This document shows, in pieces, positions 1-10,537 of a DNA stretch of 32,000 nt. The notes under the pieces were generated by a model that was not told the origin of the DNA, searched no databases, and saw nothing but the letters and a program-made list of their open reading frames with translations. This DNA comes from Xylella taiwanensis. Lineage in GTDB: Bacteria > Pseudomonadota > Gammaproteobacteria > Xanthomonadales > Xanthomonadaceae. The position numbers were made by a program, and so were the translations under genes. Each line of letters begins with the position of its first letter. The stretch's first letter is position 1. The stretch is taken from contig NZ_CP053627.1 in NCBI RefSeq assembly GCF_013177435.1, forward strand, positions 2,790,001 to 2,822,000. The letters run 5' to 3'.

Positions 1-4
1 AGTC

Positions 5-1075
<1,071 letters not shown>

Positions 1076-1094
1076 TTATCGCATACTCTCTAGA

Positions 1095-1134
1095 CTCTAA
1101 AACGCAACGTGGGAAGGACTCATGCCCTTCCCCA
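1095..1134 (-). terminator. Hairpin between rplT and pheS; possible terminator or attenuator
   Basis: GGGAAGG (1111-1117) pairs with CCTTCCC (1126-1132). On the minus-strand transcript the stem is followed by ACGUUGCGUUUUAG. The U-run is short and displaced, so this is weak. Confidence 0.3.
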
Positions 1135-1271
1135 CATGTCTGCACTATATAAGCGCTGCTCTTTAAGTAAAAGATCCGACTACAGATACGATGCTGTCCA
1201 TATAAGGTATTCGCAACTGCTGAGAATACGGACACTCAAATGCTTGTTCCGCAAAGCCCTGCGCTGATGCT

Positions 1272-1631
1272 TTATGCCACAAGCATTTGCTTCGCCTTCT
1301 CAGCAAGGGCAGTAAAACCAGCGGCATCATGCACAGCGATGTCAGCCAACACTTTACGGTCCAAGGTAATACCACACTTCAAGAGACCATTCATGAAACG
1401 ACTGTAGCTCAGCCCATTGATACGAGCCGCCGCATTGATACGGACGATCCATAGAGAACGGAAATGACGCTTTTTCTGTTTACGGCCTATATAGGCGTAC
1501 TGCTGCGCTTTGATGACCGCCTGCTTGGCGACGCGAAAAACCTTACGGCGGGCGTTGTAGTATCCCTTTGCCTGACTCAATATTTTCTTATGACGGCGGC
1601 GCGCCTGCACGCCACGCTTGACTCGTGCCAT
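1272..1631 (-). CDS. rplT: 50S ribosomal protein L20
   Basis: 119-aa [21 protein letters not shown]...[26 protein letters not shown], the typical L20 sequence. It lies 10 nt downstream of rpmI. Confidence 0.97.
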   Translation of the reverse strand: MARVKRGVQARRRHKKILSQAKGYYNARRKVFRVAKQAVIKAQQYAYIGRKQKKRHFRSLWIVRINAAARINGLSYSRFMNGLLKCGITLDRKVLADIAVHDAAGFTALAEKAKQMLVA

Positions 1632-1641
1632 GATTTAATCC

Positions 1642-1839
1642 TCAAAGGTAGGGCAACATGCGGTCTAAACGGCCAGCATCCTCAGCACGAGCATGGTTTT
1701 TTTGCCGAAGGTTGCGTTTCCGCTTAGTCGCTTTCTTAGTAAGGATATGGCTGCGATTGGCGTGTCCAGCCTTGTATTTTCCAGAGGCAGTCTTGCGGAA
1801 ACGCTTGGCCGCCGCCCGGTTGGTCTTTATCTTGGGCAT
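1642..1839 (-). CDS. rpmI: 50S ribosomal protein L35
   Basis: ORF 1642..1956 (-) contains [36 protein letters not shown]... from the ATG at 1837-1839. That gives 65 aa, the canonical L35 length. The 39-aa upstream extension is an ORF-caller artefact. Confidence 0.95.
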   Translation of the reverse strand: MPKIKTNRAAAKRFRKTASGKYKAGHANRSHILTKKATKRKRNLRQKNHARAEDAGRLDRMLPYL

Positions 1840-2051
1840 TACGAATGTCCTTGTAAGGATGTTTATCACTGCCCAGGGCGGCAGTAATGCGTACCGCACT
1901 TTTCCTAAAATCCCTTTAGCCCTAGGCTGCTTGTAAATCCTTGACTTGTAAGCCAAGGACGGGTCCCAACTTCACACAGAGAAACCAGCTCCAAAAAGCT
2001 GGGCTCTTAGTATCCCAGAAGCCCAAACGTTTTGTAAATGGGGCGCTTCGG

Positions 2052-2082
2052 TACCAAAATAAGGCGTAAACGGAGACGCCTT
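2052..2082 (-). terminator. Rho-independent terminator or attenuator directly after infC
   Basis: AAGGCGT (2061-2067) pairs with ACGCCTT (2076-2082) around an 8-nt loop, overlapping the infC stop codon. On the minus transcript the stem is followed by UUAUUUUGG. Confidence 0.5.
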
Positions 2083-2608
2083 AGCTTTTCTTCTTCGGCG
2101 CGACCATCATCACCATCTGCCGACCTTCCAAGCGCGGACGGGATTCAATGATGACCTCATCCCCAAGATCCATTTCAATACGTGTCGCCATCTGTCGGCC
2201 TAATTCCTGATGACTCATTTCACGGCCACGGAAGCGGATGTTAATCTTAACTTTATCTCCATCCTCCAGAAAACGACGCATGTTACGCAGTTTGATCTGA
2301 TAGTCGCCCTCGTCCGTAACCGGACGGAACTTAAGCTCTTTGATCTCGACCTGTTTAGTCTTCTTTTTAGCTTCGTTCGCCTTCTTTTGTAGCTCGAACT
2401 TGAACTTACCATAGTTCATGACCTTACAAACCGGCGGATCAGCCTGAGGCTGGATCTCGACCAGATCCAGACCTTCTTTTTCGGCCATGGAAAGCGCTTC
2501 GTCACGCGACAATACGCCAACCATTTCTCCGTTACTACCAATCACGCGGACACGCGGTACCCGGATTTCATGGTTCTTACGGTTCTGTTTGTTGTCAGAA
2601 GTACTGAT
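2081..2608 (-). CDS. infC: Translation initiation factor IF-3, with a non-canonical ATC start
   Basis: The track ORF begins at GTG 2545. The frame stays open upstream to a stop at 2648-2650 and reads (I)[31 protein letters not shown]..., which looks like an IF3 N-terminus. That stretch has no ATG, GTG or TTG. An in-frame ATC at 2606-2608 lies 7 nt downstream of GGAGA (2616-2620). Confidence 0.85.
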   Translation of the reverse strand: MSTSDNKQNRKNHEIRVPRVRVIGSNGEMVGVLSRDEALSMAEKEGLDLVEIQPQADPPVCKVMNYGKFKFELQKKANEAKKKTKQVEIKELKFRPVTDEGDYQIKLRNMRRFLEDGDKVKINIRFRGREMSHQELGRQMATRIEMDLGDEVIIESRPRLEGRQMVMMVAPKKKS

Positions 2609-2675
2609 ATTACAATCTCCAAAGAAATCAAATCGGCACCATCTAGATCATATCTCTAGACTGGCAATGGTTGGC

Positions 2676-4583
2676 TCACACCACTTGTTCTGCCTGCAAA
2701 CGCTCAATGAAGGCGGAAACCGACATCGCCCCCAAATCCTCTCTTGAACACGTGCTTACAGCAACAGTGCCATTCTCCTTTTCGCGGTCACCAACCACCA
2801 ACAGGTAAGGGACGCGTTGCAGTGTATGCTCGCGAATCTTATAGCCGATTTTCTCATTCCGCAAATCGGCGTTGACCCGGAAACCTTGATTTAAAAGGGC
2901 TTTGTGGACCTGCTCTACGTATTCATACTGAGCATCGGTGATATTAGCGATGACTGCTTGGACAGGCGCCAGCCAAGTAGGCCAAACCCCAGCGTAGTGT
3001 TCAATCAGGATACCAATGAAGCGCTCCATCGAACCCACAATTGCTCGGTGCAGCATGACGGGATGGCGACGCTGACTACGCTCATCTACGTACTCGGCAC
3101 CAAGGCGACCAGGCATCATAAAATCAACCTGCATCGTGCCCAACTGCCAAGTGCGCCCAATCGCATCTTTCAGATGATATTCAATCTTCGGACCGTAGAA
3201 CGCTCCCTCACCAGGTAGCTCCTGCCACTCCACTCCACACGCATTCAAGGCAGCACGCAACGCAGCCTCTGCTTTGTCCCAATTCAGGGAATCTCCTAGG
3301 CGCTTGTCTGGACGCAACGCAATTTTGATCTGGATGTCCTCGAAACCAAAGTCGGCATAGACCTTCAACGCTTGGCGATGAAACGCAGTGACCTCAGCTT
3401 CGATCTGTGCCTCGGTACAGAATATGTGGCCATCATCTTGGGTGAAGCCACGCACACGTAAAAGGCCATGCAAGGCACCAGACGGTTCATTGCGATGGCA
3501 AGCGCCGAACTCACCATAGCGGATCGGTAGGTCACGATAGCTATGTAAGCCCTGATTGAAAACTTGAATATGGCCAGGACAATTCATCGGTTTAACCGCG
3601 TAAGTACGCTTCTCCGAATCAGTAAAAAACATGTTCTCCTTGTAATTGTCCCAGTGACCAGACTTTTGCCACAACGACACATCCAAGATTTGCGGGCAAC
3701 GTACCTCACCATAGCCGTTGTTACGATAGACATGACGCATGTACTTCTCGATCGTCTGCCAGATCACCCAACCTTTCGGATGCCAAAATACCAAGCCTGG
3801 CCCTTCTTCCTGGAGGTGGAATAAATCTTGCGTTTTACCAATCTTGCGGTGATCTCGCTTTTCAGCATCCTGTAAACGTTGAATATGAGCACCAAGCTGC
3901 TTCTTGTCGCCCCAGGCAGTGCCATAGATGCGCTGCAACTGCTCGTTCTTAGTGTCACCACGCCAGTAAGCACCAGAAATACGTGTTAGCTTGAAAGCTT
4001 TCAAGAAACGAGTATTCGGCACGTGCGGGCCACGGCACATATCCACATATTCTTGGTGATAGTACAGAGCCATCACAGTGACCTCCGTACCCATCTCTTC
4101 GATGAGGCGCAGCTTGTAGTGCTCACCACGCTCCTTGAACAAGCGCACGACATCATCACGTGGAGTGATGCACTTGACTACATCGTAGTCCTGGGCGATT
4201 AATTCAACCATGCGCTGCTCAATCGCAGCCAAATCTTCAAGCGTGAACGGACGCTCGGAGTAAATATCATAGTAAAAGCCCTCAGCAATCACTGGACCGA
4301 TGACCATCTTGGCCTCTGGATACAACTGCTTAACCGCATGGCCAACCAGGTGAGCACAAGAGTGACGGATGATTTCCAGAGCTTCCTGATCTTCAGGAGT
4401 GATGATACGCAGGGTAGCGTCATGCTCAATGAGATCGCTAGCATCCACTAAACGATCCCCATCAATCTGCCCGGCAATGGTGGCCTTGGCCAAACCTGCG
4501 CCGATCGAATGGGCAATCTGTATGACGCTAACGGGACCTTCAAATTCGCGGAGACTTCCATCGGGGAGCGTAATCGTGATCAT
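2676..4583 (-). CDS. thrS: Threonine--tRNA ligase
   Basis: ORF 2676..4637 (-). I chose the start at [10 protein letters not shown] (ATG at 4583), giving 635 aa. It has a TGS-domain N-terminus, class II core motifs ([28 protein letters not shown]) and an anticodon-binding C-terminus. Confidence 0.95.
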   Translation of the reverse strand: MITITLPDGSLREFEGPVSVIQIAHSIGAGLAKATIAGQIDGDRLVDASDLIEHDATLRIITPEDQEALEIIRHSCAHLVGHAVKQLYPEAKMVIGPVIAEGFYYDIYSERPFTLEDLAAIEQRMVELIAQDYDVVKCITPRDDVVRLFKERGEHYKLRLIEEMGTEVTVMALYYHQEYVDMCRGPHVPNTRFLKAFKLTRISGAYWRGDTKNEQLQRIYGTAWGDKKQLGAHIQRLQDAEKRDHRKIGKTQDLFHLQEEGPGLVFWHPKGWVIWQTIEKYMRHVYRNNGYGEVRCPQILDVSLWQKSGHWDNYKENMFFTDSEKRTYAVKPMNCPGHIQVFNQGLHSYRDLPIRYGEFGACHRNEPSGALHGLLRVRGFTQDDGHIFCTEAQIEAEVTAFHRQALKVYADFGFEDIQIKIALRPDKRLGDSLNWDKAEAALRAALNACGVEWQELPGEGAFYGPKIEYHLKDAIGRTWQLGTMQVDFMMPGRLGAEYVDERSQRRHPVMLHRAIVGSMERFIGILIEHYAGVWPTWLAPVQAVIANITDAQYEYVEQVHKALLNQGFRVNADLRNEKIGYKIREHTLQRVPYLLVVGDREKENGTVAVSTCSREDLGAMSVSAFIERLQAEQVV

Positions 4584-5750
4584 GAGTGTAAAAGCGTGTA
4601 CGCAGTTGATATTTTGAGTATTGATGCGCCCTGCCAAGCAGGGTCAAGCACCGATGGTAATGGCAACGCATCAAGGCAAACATCCAGCGGTGCAATCTTG
4701 AGTTTTCTACTACTTGACGAAAAAAGCGCCGCAATGACGCCTTGCTCATTCACCAAGACCTCAGTCAAGACTTAGGGGATTGGTAATGGCAGCACTCATA
4801 ACTACATGCACCAGGGTGGCAGCCTTCGTAGATTAATAAAACCCCCAGCATGTTAAATCAAATCCAGGCAGATTGCGCAGCCGAAGTCTGAGACCTCGAA
4901 ATTTCTAAAATCACCATTTCATCCCCTGAAGCATCCTTCAAAGCTAGTGGTACTAATGGTATTAAGAGGCAGTGCATAACGAAAAATATTGAAAATTTTT
5001 AGGCTGTCGGCACAATGTGCTTAAAGTATCTCTGCCATTCTCGGCACGCTCATTCAGCAATCTATTTTGATTGAGGACTAGCACCAGATCGGCCTAAGCC
5101 ATCAGTACAGTAGAAATCCTTATGGACTAGTCTCAATTTAGCCAAAACAATAACAATTAAGTGGCAGCTCTCAAGTGAATAAGCATTAGCAAAGAATCGC
5201 AAGCAACTTTACTGACTACGCTTGGATAATGACACGATACTGAACAATCATTTAAGTTTGGGCATCATAACCATCAATGAAGCACTCGGGATAGATTTAC
5301 AGCTGGTGATCCCAGTGTGATAGCCAACATCACTACTTTATGACAAGCAACAAATTACCGCGCGATGACACAACCTAATCGTTATTCAGCTGAGCCCGTA
5401 AACAAGACCAACACGCACACCTCTTCCGTAGTGCTAACCCCGGACTGTTACTGATCGAAGCCCTAGGTAATCCACTTCTTTTGAACAGATGCGCCACTAA
5501 CATATCCCCCCTCGGAAACAAGACATATGATAGACAGGGATGACGTACTCTCGTTTTAGTCAAGTCGGAATCAGTTGTAAGGGCGGCAGCGTAAGCAACC
5601 AAAGGAACCTCATAGAAGTAAGATGACAGAGGACCATACCCTCAGAAAGTGAGGTGATGCTATATACCAACCCTTATTAACCTTTTCTTCACTCATCTAC
5701 ATGAGATGGCCACCATACTAGCCTCGATTCAGAGGTAACCTATATCCCCT

Positions 5751-6035
5751 ATGCGTGCACCCGTCTTCCTGCAATCTAACCATTTCCGGTACCTGTTTGA
5801 ACCACGCAAACCCCGCCATCCGCTAGCGCGACTGGCCGCAAGCACAGCAGGTCTTACAATCCTGATAGCTTTGGTGTTCTTCGGTGTGTTCGTTGGCGTG
5901 GCGATGCTTCTTGGGGGAATCACCTGGAAGCTGTTGGTAGGTCGGCGTCGGCGTACTCAGGCTGCAGTTGGCACAAATCCCGTCGAAGGGAAGTATTGCG
6001 TAATCCGCAAGCCTGATGTGCCCCTGTCACGTTAA
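5751..6035 (+). CDS. Hypothetical small membrane protein (94 aa); uncertain
   Basis: This is the only clean ORF in the gene-poor stretch. It has one strong hydrophobic helix (GLTILIALVFFGVFVGVAMLLGGITW) followed by a basic patch (RRRR). There is no convincing RBS and I recognise no homology. Confidence 0.3.
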   Translation: MRAPVFLQSNHFRYLFEPRKPRHPLARLAASTAGLTILIALVFFGVFVGVAMLLGGITWKLLVGRRRRTQAAVGTNPVEGKYCVIRKPDVPLSR

Positions 6036-6920
6036 CCTTCCACTTTTACCCAACGCTGTTCTCGGAGTCAGTTGGAACAATGTGTGATTTTTCATCATTG
6101 ATTTGGTCTTCAGGCCGATGTTTAGTCAGAGTTCAACGTGGGCAGGAGCAGTTATTTTGCATCTAGGGTCTTTAGTTATAGCGCCCATGCTATTAAACCT
6201 TTTGTGATGCCCACGTATAAAATCAAGGCGAGATTTCTCCTTCAGCCATCGTACACGTTCTAGTAACCAATTTCGGCTTTGCAAGCCCCTGTATCTAACC
6301 TATGGGCTGCAACTTCATCCCACTTCGCCATGAGGTGGTTGATTGTAAGCCAACCTAAACAAGAATCAGCATAACCAACCAATAGTTTTTTATGAAACTC
6401 GCTGTAATCACAATGGTCGAATGAAGCAATAACATTGGCTCCAACACCTATTAGCTTTACCACGTGATCCAACCAGCATGGATATGCTCCGATCACGCCA
6501 CAAACGGTGTAGCAGTCATGAGCTTTAAGCCCGCTCCGAGCTAGTAGATGAGAATGACCATACGTCGCGCTGTCTCCGAAAGACGTATCCGATTAAAGAA
6601 TGAGTAGATACAGAAACGCACTTATCCCAAGAAAAGTGATGCTAAACGCATTGCGTTGGATGACAAGCCATTACTGCTCACCAACACTCCACTATGGAAA
6701 ACTGTCTTTTATCATCTGCAACGTTGGCTATCGGGACGCTTGTCAAAATTACACGCTCGATCCTACGCACTCCACCTTTAGATTGATGAACCACCTCAGG
6801 AGATCTAGCCCAACGCGACCAGTGACTACCCAACACCTTGGTAAGCATTGATTTCGTCCTCTTCTCATTCCTGATCTCAGCAACGCAGAAACTTCCCTCA
6901 ATACATTCGTAAGACACTGT

Positions 6921-7655
6921 AAGCCCTGCTCGCACGATTACAAGCCATTCGCGCAAATACATGACATCGAACTCTTCGTATTTGAAGCAGATGCGACAAT
7001 AGCCCTTGAACCTGTGAAACAGGCATTCGACCTCATTGTGGCGCTTGTACATTTTGCGGTCATATGCTCAAGGCTCACTAGGTATGCGCAGCGGTGGCAT
7101 GACGGGGATGAAACCCAACTCAAGGCGTTAATGAACGGGCCTGGGTAACCTTCGTCGACATGGTCCATGAGCACGTGCAACGAGTGATCTGGTGAACCGA
7201 GCCGCTCGAGCAACAGCCACTCGCGCAAACTTGCGGCACATCGTGCGCTTGTACAGACTATTGTCCGTTACGGGAAAGTAGTTCTTGATGTTCCACGCAC
7301 CAAGAAATTTGCCGATAATCAACGGACCGTTTTTTGAGGTGCACTAGTGCCATCCGGATGCACCTTCACACTAACTGCGCTCCAGCAACACAGTCTGAAA
7401 CTTGATTTGTACGACCGATGCTTGCTGGAGTGACTCGAAGACTCGATCCAACGCACCAGACTTCGCCCATTAGTTCATGCATGTGCAGATCGTATACCAG
7501 TGGCAGAAGCCTTTGGACAAGCCACGCCATTTGTAGCTGTACTCAACGAGATACCGTATGACGTTGAGCACTTGCAGATTTGTCGAACTTACGTTGCCGT
7601 GTTGCTTCGGCAAACAGTATTCGACCTGCTCGAATGAGGCTGCTGCGATCTCCAT
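6921..7655 (-). pseudogene. IS5-family (IS427-like, DDE) transposase remnant, broken by frameshifts and stops
   Basis: Transposase-like pieces are spread over three frames on the minus strand.
- N-terminal: FEQVEYCLPK..LQVLNVIRYLVEYSYKWRGLSKGFCHWYTICTCMN*W (compare W..IEPLLP...VLNAILYVLRTGCQWR.LP..FGPW.TVY..F.RW).
- Middle: VKVHPDGTSA..K.GP.IIGK (compare V.VHPDGTGA.KKNGPQ.IGKSRGG).
- C-terminal: YKRHNEVECLFHRFKGYCRICFKYEEFDVMYL (compare YKRRN.VERLF.RLKG.RRI.TR..KLDVMFL).
At least three in-frame stops or frame changes are present. Confidence 0.6.
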
Positions 7656-8324
7656 CGCTCACCGCAGCAGGGAAAGCGTCTCAGAACCATTCGTGTTCAC
7701 AGACCCCAATTAGCGGCCGACTCTTAGATCCATAAAAAAATGATGTCAAACTGAAATGACAGCAAGCAGCTAGCACGATCCTATCCTACTTGCATTTAGG
7801 GATGTGCAACCTGTCACTCATACAAATCGTCACCTTCAGCAAGGCGATTTCAAGCACTGACATGCATACCCCTTAACAGATAGTCTTCACAGCGAAGATT
7901 TTCGGGTAGTTCTGTGCCGCTTCAGAAGCAGTTAAGAACACTGGGGCAGATCTCAAACCATCACCATAGTTAATCACCTCAAACAACAGATGTTACTTAA
8001 TAATGTGATATACACGCCTCCCCATAGATACGTTCATGCTTTCAATGCCCTTGGCAAGACACAACACTGGCACAGGGTCTTTATTCCTGAACCTCAATTG
8101 CAATGGATTGATATCAAAACATACTCTATATATCGCTTACTTGCCTGTGGAGCGCGGCATTATATAATTCCAAAAAAATCCGTCGATTTATCTAAAAATA
8201 TTATTAAAAATCAAAAAGATGGAAACAATCTCCTGTACCCATCACCCGTTGTACTTTTCCACGCATCCAGGCTCGGTAGGGTGTTTTGCATTCACGCCAT
8301 GCAAGATGCATTCGGTGCAACACG

Positions 8325-9206
8325 ATGAAGCTGGCCATTCTCTCCCGAAACAGCAAGCTTTATTCCACTCGACGTTTAGTCGAAGCGGCACGTATGCGTG
8401 GTCATACTGTTCGTATTCTTGATCCGTTGCGATGCTACATGCGGATCGTCGTTGGAGACTTCCGCATGCACTACAAGGGAAAGCCAATAGACGGCTATCA
8501 CGCAGTAATTCCACGTATTGGTGTATCGGCCACACGCTACGCTACTGCGGTACTACGTCAATTCGAACTGATGGGCACCTACACTCCCAATCCCTCGGAC
8601 GCAATTCTGCGCTCACGAGACAAGCTACGCGCACATCAGCTGTTAGCCGCCCAGGGCATCGACATGCCGATTACTGTGTTCGGCGACAATCCAGACGACA
8701 CCCAAGACCTACTCTCAATGCTCGGTCCGCCCCCCCATGTGGTAAAGCTTAACGAGGGTACACAGGGTACAGGGGTGATCCTATCCGAAAAGACCAATAC
8801 CTCACGCGGTTTGGTAGAGGCACTACGTGGGCTATATGCCAATTTTCTGGTGCAAGAGTTTATCGGCGAGGCTGACAGTACAGACCTACGCTGTTTCGTA
8901 GTCGGCAACCAAGTCGTAGCAGCGATGCGCCGGCAAGCGGCGGAGGGTGACTTTCGTTCTAACCTGCATCTAGGCGGGATTGCAACTGCTGCCACTGCCA
9001 ATGATGAAGAACAAGAGGTGGCAGTACGTTCAGCACGCGCGCTTGGACTAACCGTGGCTGGGGTAGATCTCATCCGTTCACGACGTGGACCGCTGGTGCT
9101 TGAGGTCAATCCCACACCCGGGTTAGAAGGCATCGAAGCGACTTCCGGTGCCAACGTTGCCACACAGATCGTACGCCATGTTGAGGATATGCTGGCTAAT
9201 ATCTGA
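8325..9206 (+). CDS. rimK: ATP-grasp ribosomal protein S6 glutamate ligase (RimK family)
   Basis: ORF 8286..9206 (+). I chose the start at [18 protein letters not shown] (ATG at 8325), giving 293 aa. ATP-grasp signatures are present ([48 protein letters not shown]). Confidence 0.9.
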   Translation: MKLAILSRNSKLYSTRRLVEAARMRGHTVRILDPLRCYMRIVVGDFRMHYKGKPIDGYHAVIPRIGVSATRYATAVLRQFELMGTYTPNPSDAILRSRDKLRAHQLLAAQGIDMPITVFGDNPDDTQDLLSMLGPPPHVVKLNEGTQGTGVILSEKTNTSRGLVEALRGLYANFLVQEFIGEADSTDLRCFVVGNQVVAAMRRQAAEGDFRSNLHLGGIATAATANDEEQEVAVRSARALGLTVAGVDLIRSRRGPLVLEVNPTPGLEGIEATSGANVATQIVRHVEDMLANI

Positions 9207-9859
9207 GCAGTGATTCTTGTCAAATCTCATGGATTATTTAGGGTCCGCCTACGGTTTATGGATCACAGTACTTGCGCAATTGATGATGACATCAAAGTTT
9301 ATTTCTTGGGTTCAAGCAGTTTTGCTTAGGTTTTTTTGTGTCAGACACCCCTTGATGGAAAGGCATAAAGCGCACTACAGTCCCATCAGTATGATTGAGC
9401 ATTATTCTCCACTCCGAAGTAGAAGATCACAGAGGGATTTACCATCTTTACCAATCGCGCACCACTGACTTGGGCACCCATCTCCAACTGGCTGCCTCTC
9501 TGTGGAAGGCAACGAGTGAGAGGCAGGTTCGACAACCCTTACATAAGACTCCATGTATTCAGCCAATGCCTTTACCGCCATCCTTCGGCACACACTGGCC
9601 CGGATGTAACTGATTCATCAGCTTTAAACCTATTCGAAGACAATGTCGGTTATATGGCCAATCTCAACCTTAGCAACGTAGGAACTGATCCACACCATTC
9701 TGGTCTACAAGCATAGCCATGCAATAACTTATCGCCTGCCACCGCTTCCAATGGCCCATTACGCAACATCCACTTTGCTTATCCAGCAAGATGGGAGCAA
9801 TACTCCCACGATCAGGGTACAGCGTTACACCCATCTTCCTCCGAACAATTGAGGCTCAA

Positions 9860-10537
9860 GTGCGCATTTTGGTCATCGAAGACAACAGCGATATCGCCGC
9901 CAATCTGGGCGATTACCTTGAAGACCGCGGCCACGCCGTGGATTTCGCCGCCGATGGTGTGACCGGCTTGCATTTGGCCGTAGTCCACGAATTCGACGCC
10001 ATCGTGCTCGACCTGAATCTGCCTGGCATGGATGGTATTGAAATCTGCCGCAAGTTGCGCAACGAAGCACGCAAACAGACCCCAGTGCTAATGTTGACAG
10101 CACGCGACTCACTGGATAACAAGCTGGCGGGCTTCGACTCGGGTGCTGACGACTACTTGATCAAACCATTCGCTTTGCAAGAAGTTGAAGTTCGCTTGAA
10201 CGCACTATCGCGCCGTGGCAAAGGCCTGCAGACCCGGGTACTGGAGACAGGCGATCTGGAGTACAACCTCGACACACTGGAGGTGCGCCGCCGCGGTAAG
10301 CTGCTGCAGCTCAACCCAACCGCGTTGAAGATACTGCAAGCACTGATGGAAGCCACTCCAGCCGTGGTGACCCGCCAGGAGCTAGAGACTCGTGTGTGGG
10401 GTGAGGAACTACCGGACTCGGACTCGCTGCGCGTGCATATCCACGGGTTACGCGCAGTCGTTGACAAGCCTTTCGACGTACCATTGATACAAACTCGTCA
10501 TGGGATCGGATACCGCATCGCCACACCCGATGCCTGA
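9860..10537 (+). CDS. OmpR/PhoB-family response regulator (REC plus winged-helix)
   Basis: ORF 9791..10537 (+). The likely start is GTG at 9860 (VRILVIEDN...), 5 nt after GAGG (9851-9854), giving 225 aa. The REC domain is clear (DAIVLDLNLPGMDG, KPF). The C-terminal winged helix reads LTPTALKILQALM...VWG...SLRVHIHGLRAVVD...IQTRHGIGYRI. It resembles the ColR-type regulators of xanthomonads, but that is recall only. Confidence 0.85.
   Translation: MRILVIEDNSDIAANLGDYLEDRGHAVDFAADGVTGLHLAVVHEFDAIVLDLNLPGMDGIEICRKLRNEARKQTPVLMLTARDSLDNKLAGFDSGADDYLIKPFALQEVEVRLNALSRRGKGLQTRVLETGDLEYNLDTLEVRRRGKLLQLNPTALKILQALMEATPAVVTRQELETRVWGEELPDSDSLRVHIHGLRAVVDKPFDVPLIQTRHGIGYRIATPDA

Noticed and set aside
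1163-1205. Possible pheS attenuator leader peptide (MDSIVSVVGSFT*) between rplT and pheS
   Set aside because: It contains a single Phe codon, unlike the Phe-rich pheM-type leader. There is no evidence for alternative hairpins.
4629-4643. Hairpin CCCTGC-CAA-GCAGGG about 50 nt upstream of the thrS start, considered as a tRNA-Thr anticodon-mimic operator
   Set aside because: On the mRNA strand the loop is UUG or CUUGG and contains no Thr anticodon-like NGU. The stem is short. This is no more than a generic hairpin.
7990-8328. 112-aa plus-strand ORF upstream of and overlapping the rimK start
   Set aside because: It lies in very AT-rich, promoter-like sequence, has odd composition and no RBS, and overlaps the real rimK start.
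8636-9223. 195-aa ORF on the minus strand inside rimK
   Set aside because: Antisense shadow of rimK. It is Ser/Arg/Pro-rich with no recognisable domain.
9217-9468. 83-aa ORF (TTG start) right after rimK with hydrophobic stretches
   Set aside because: No RBS and no recognisable family. It spans a weak hairpin plus T-run (about 9314-9337) that may be the rimK terminator. Support is insufficient.
9521-9545. GGTTCGA-containing segment resembling a tRNA T-arm
   Set aside because: The flanking bases do not form a T-stem, and no acceptor or anticodon arms can be drawn. I saw no other tRNA hallmarks (such as a GTTCGAATC T-loop in a foldable context) anywhere in the window.
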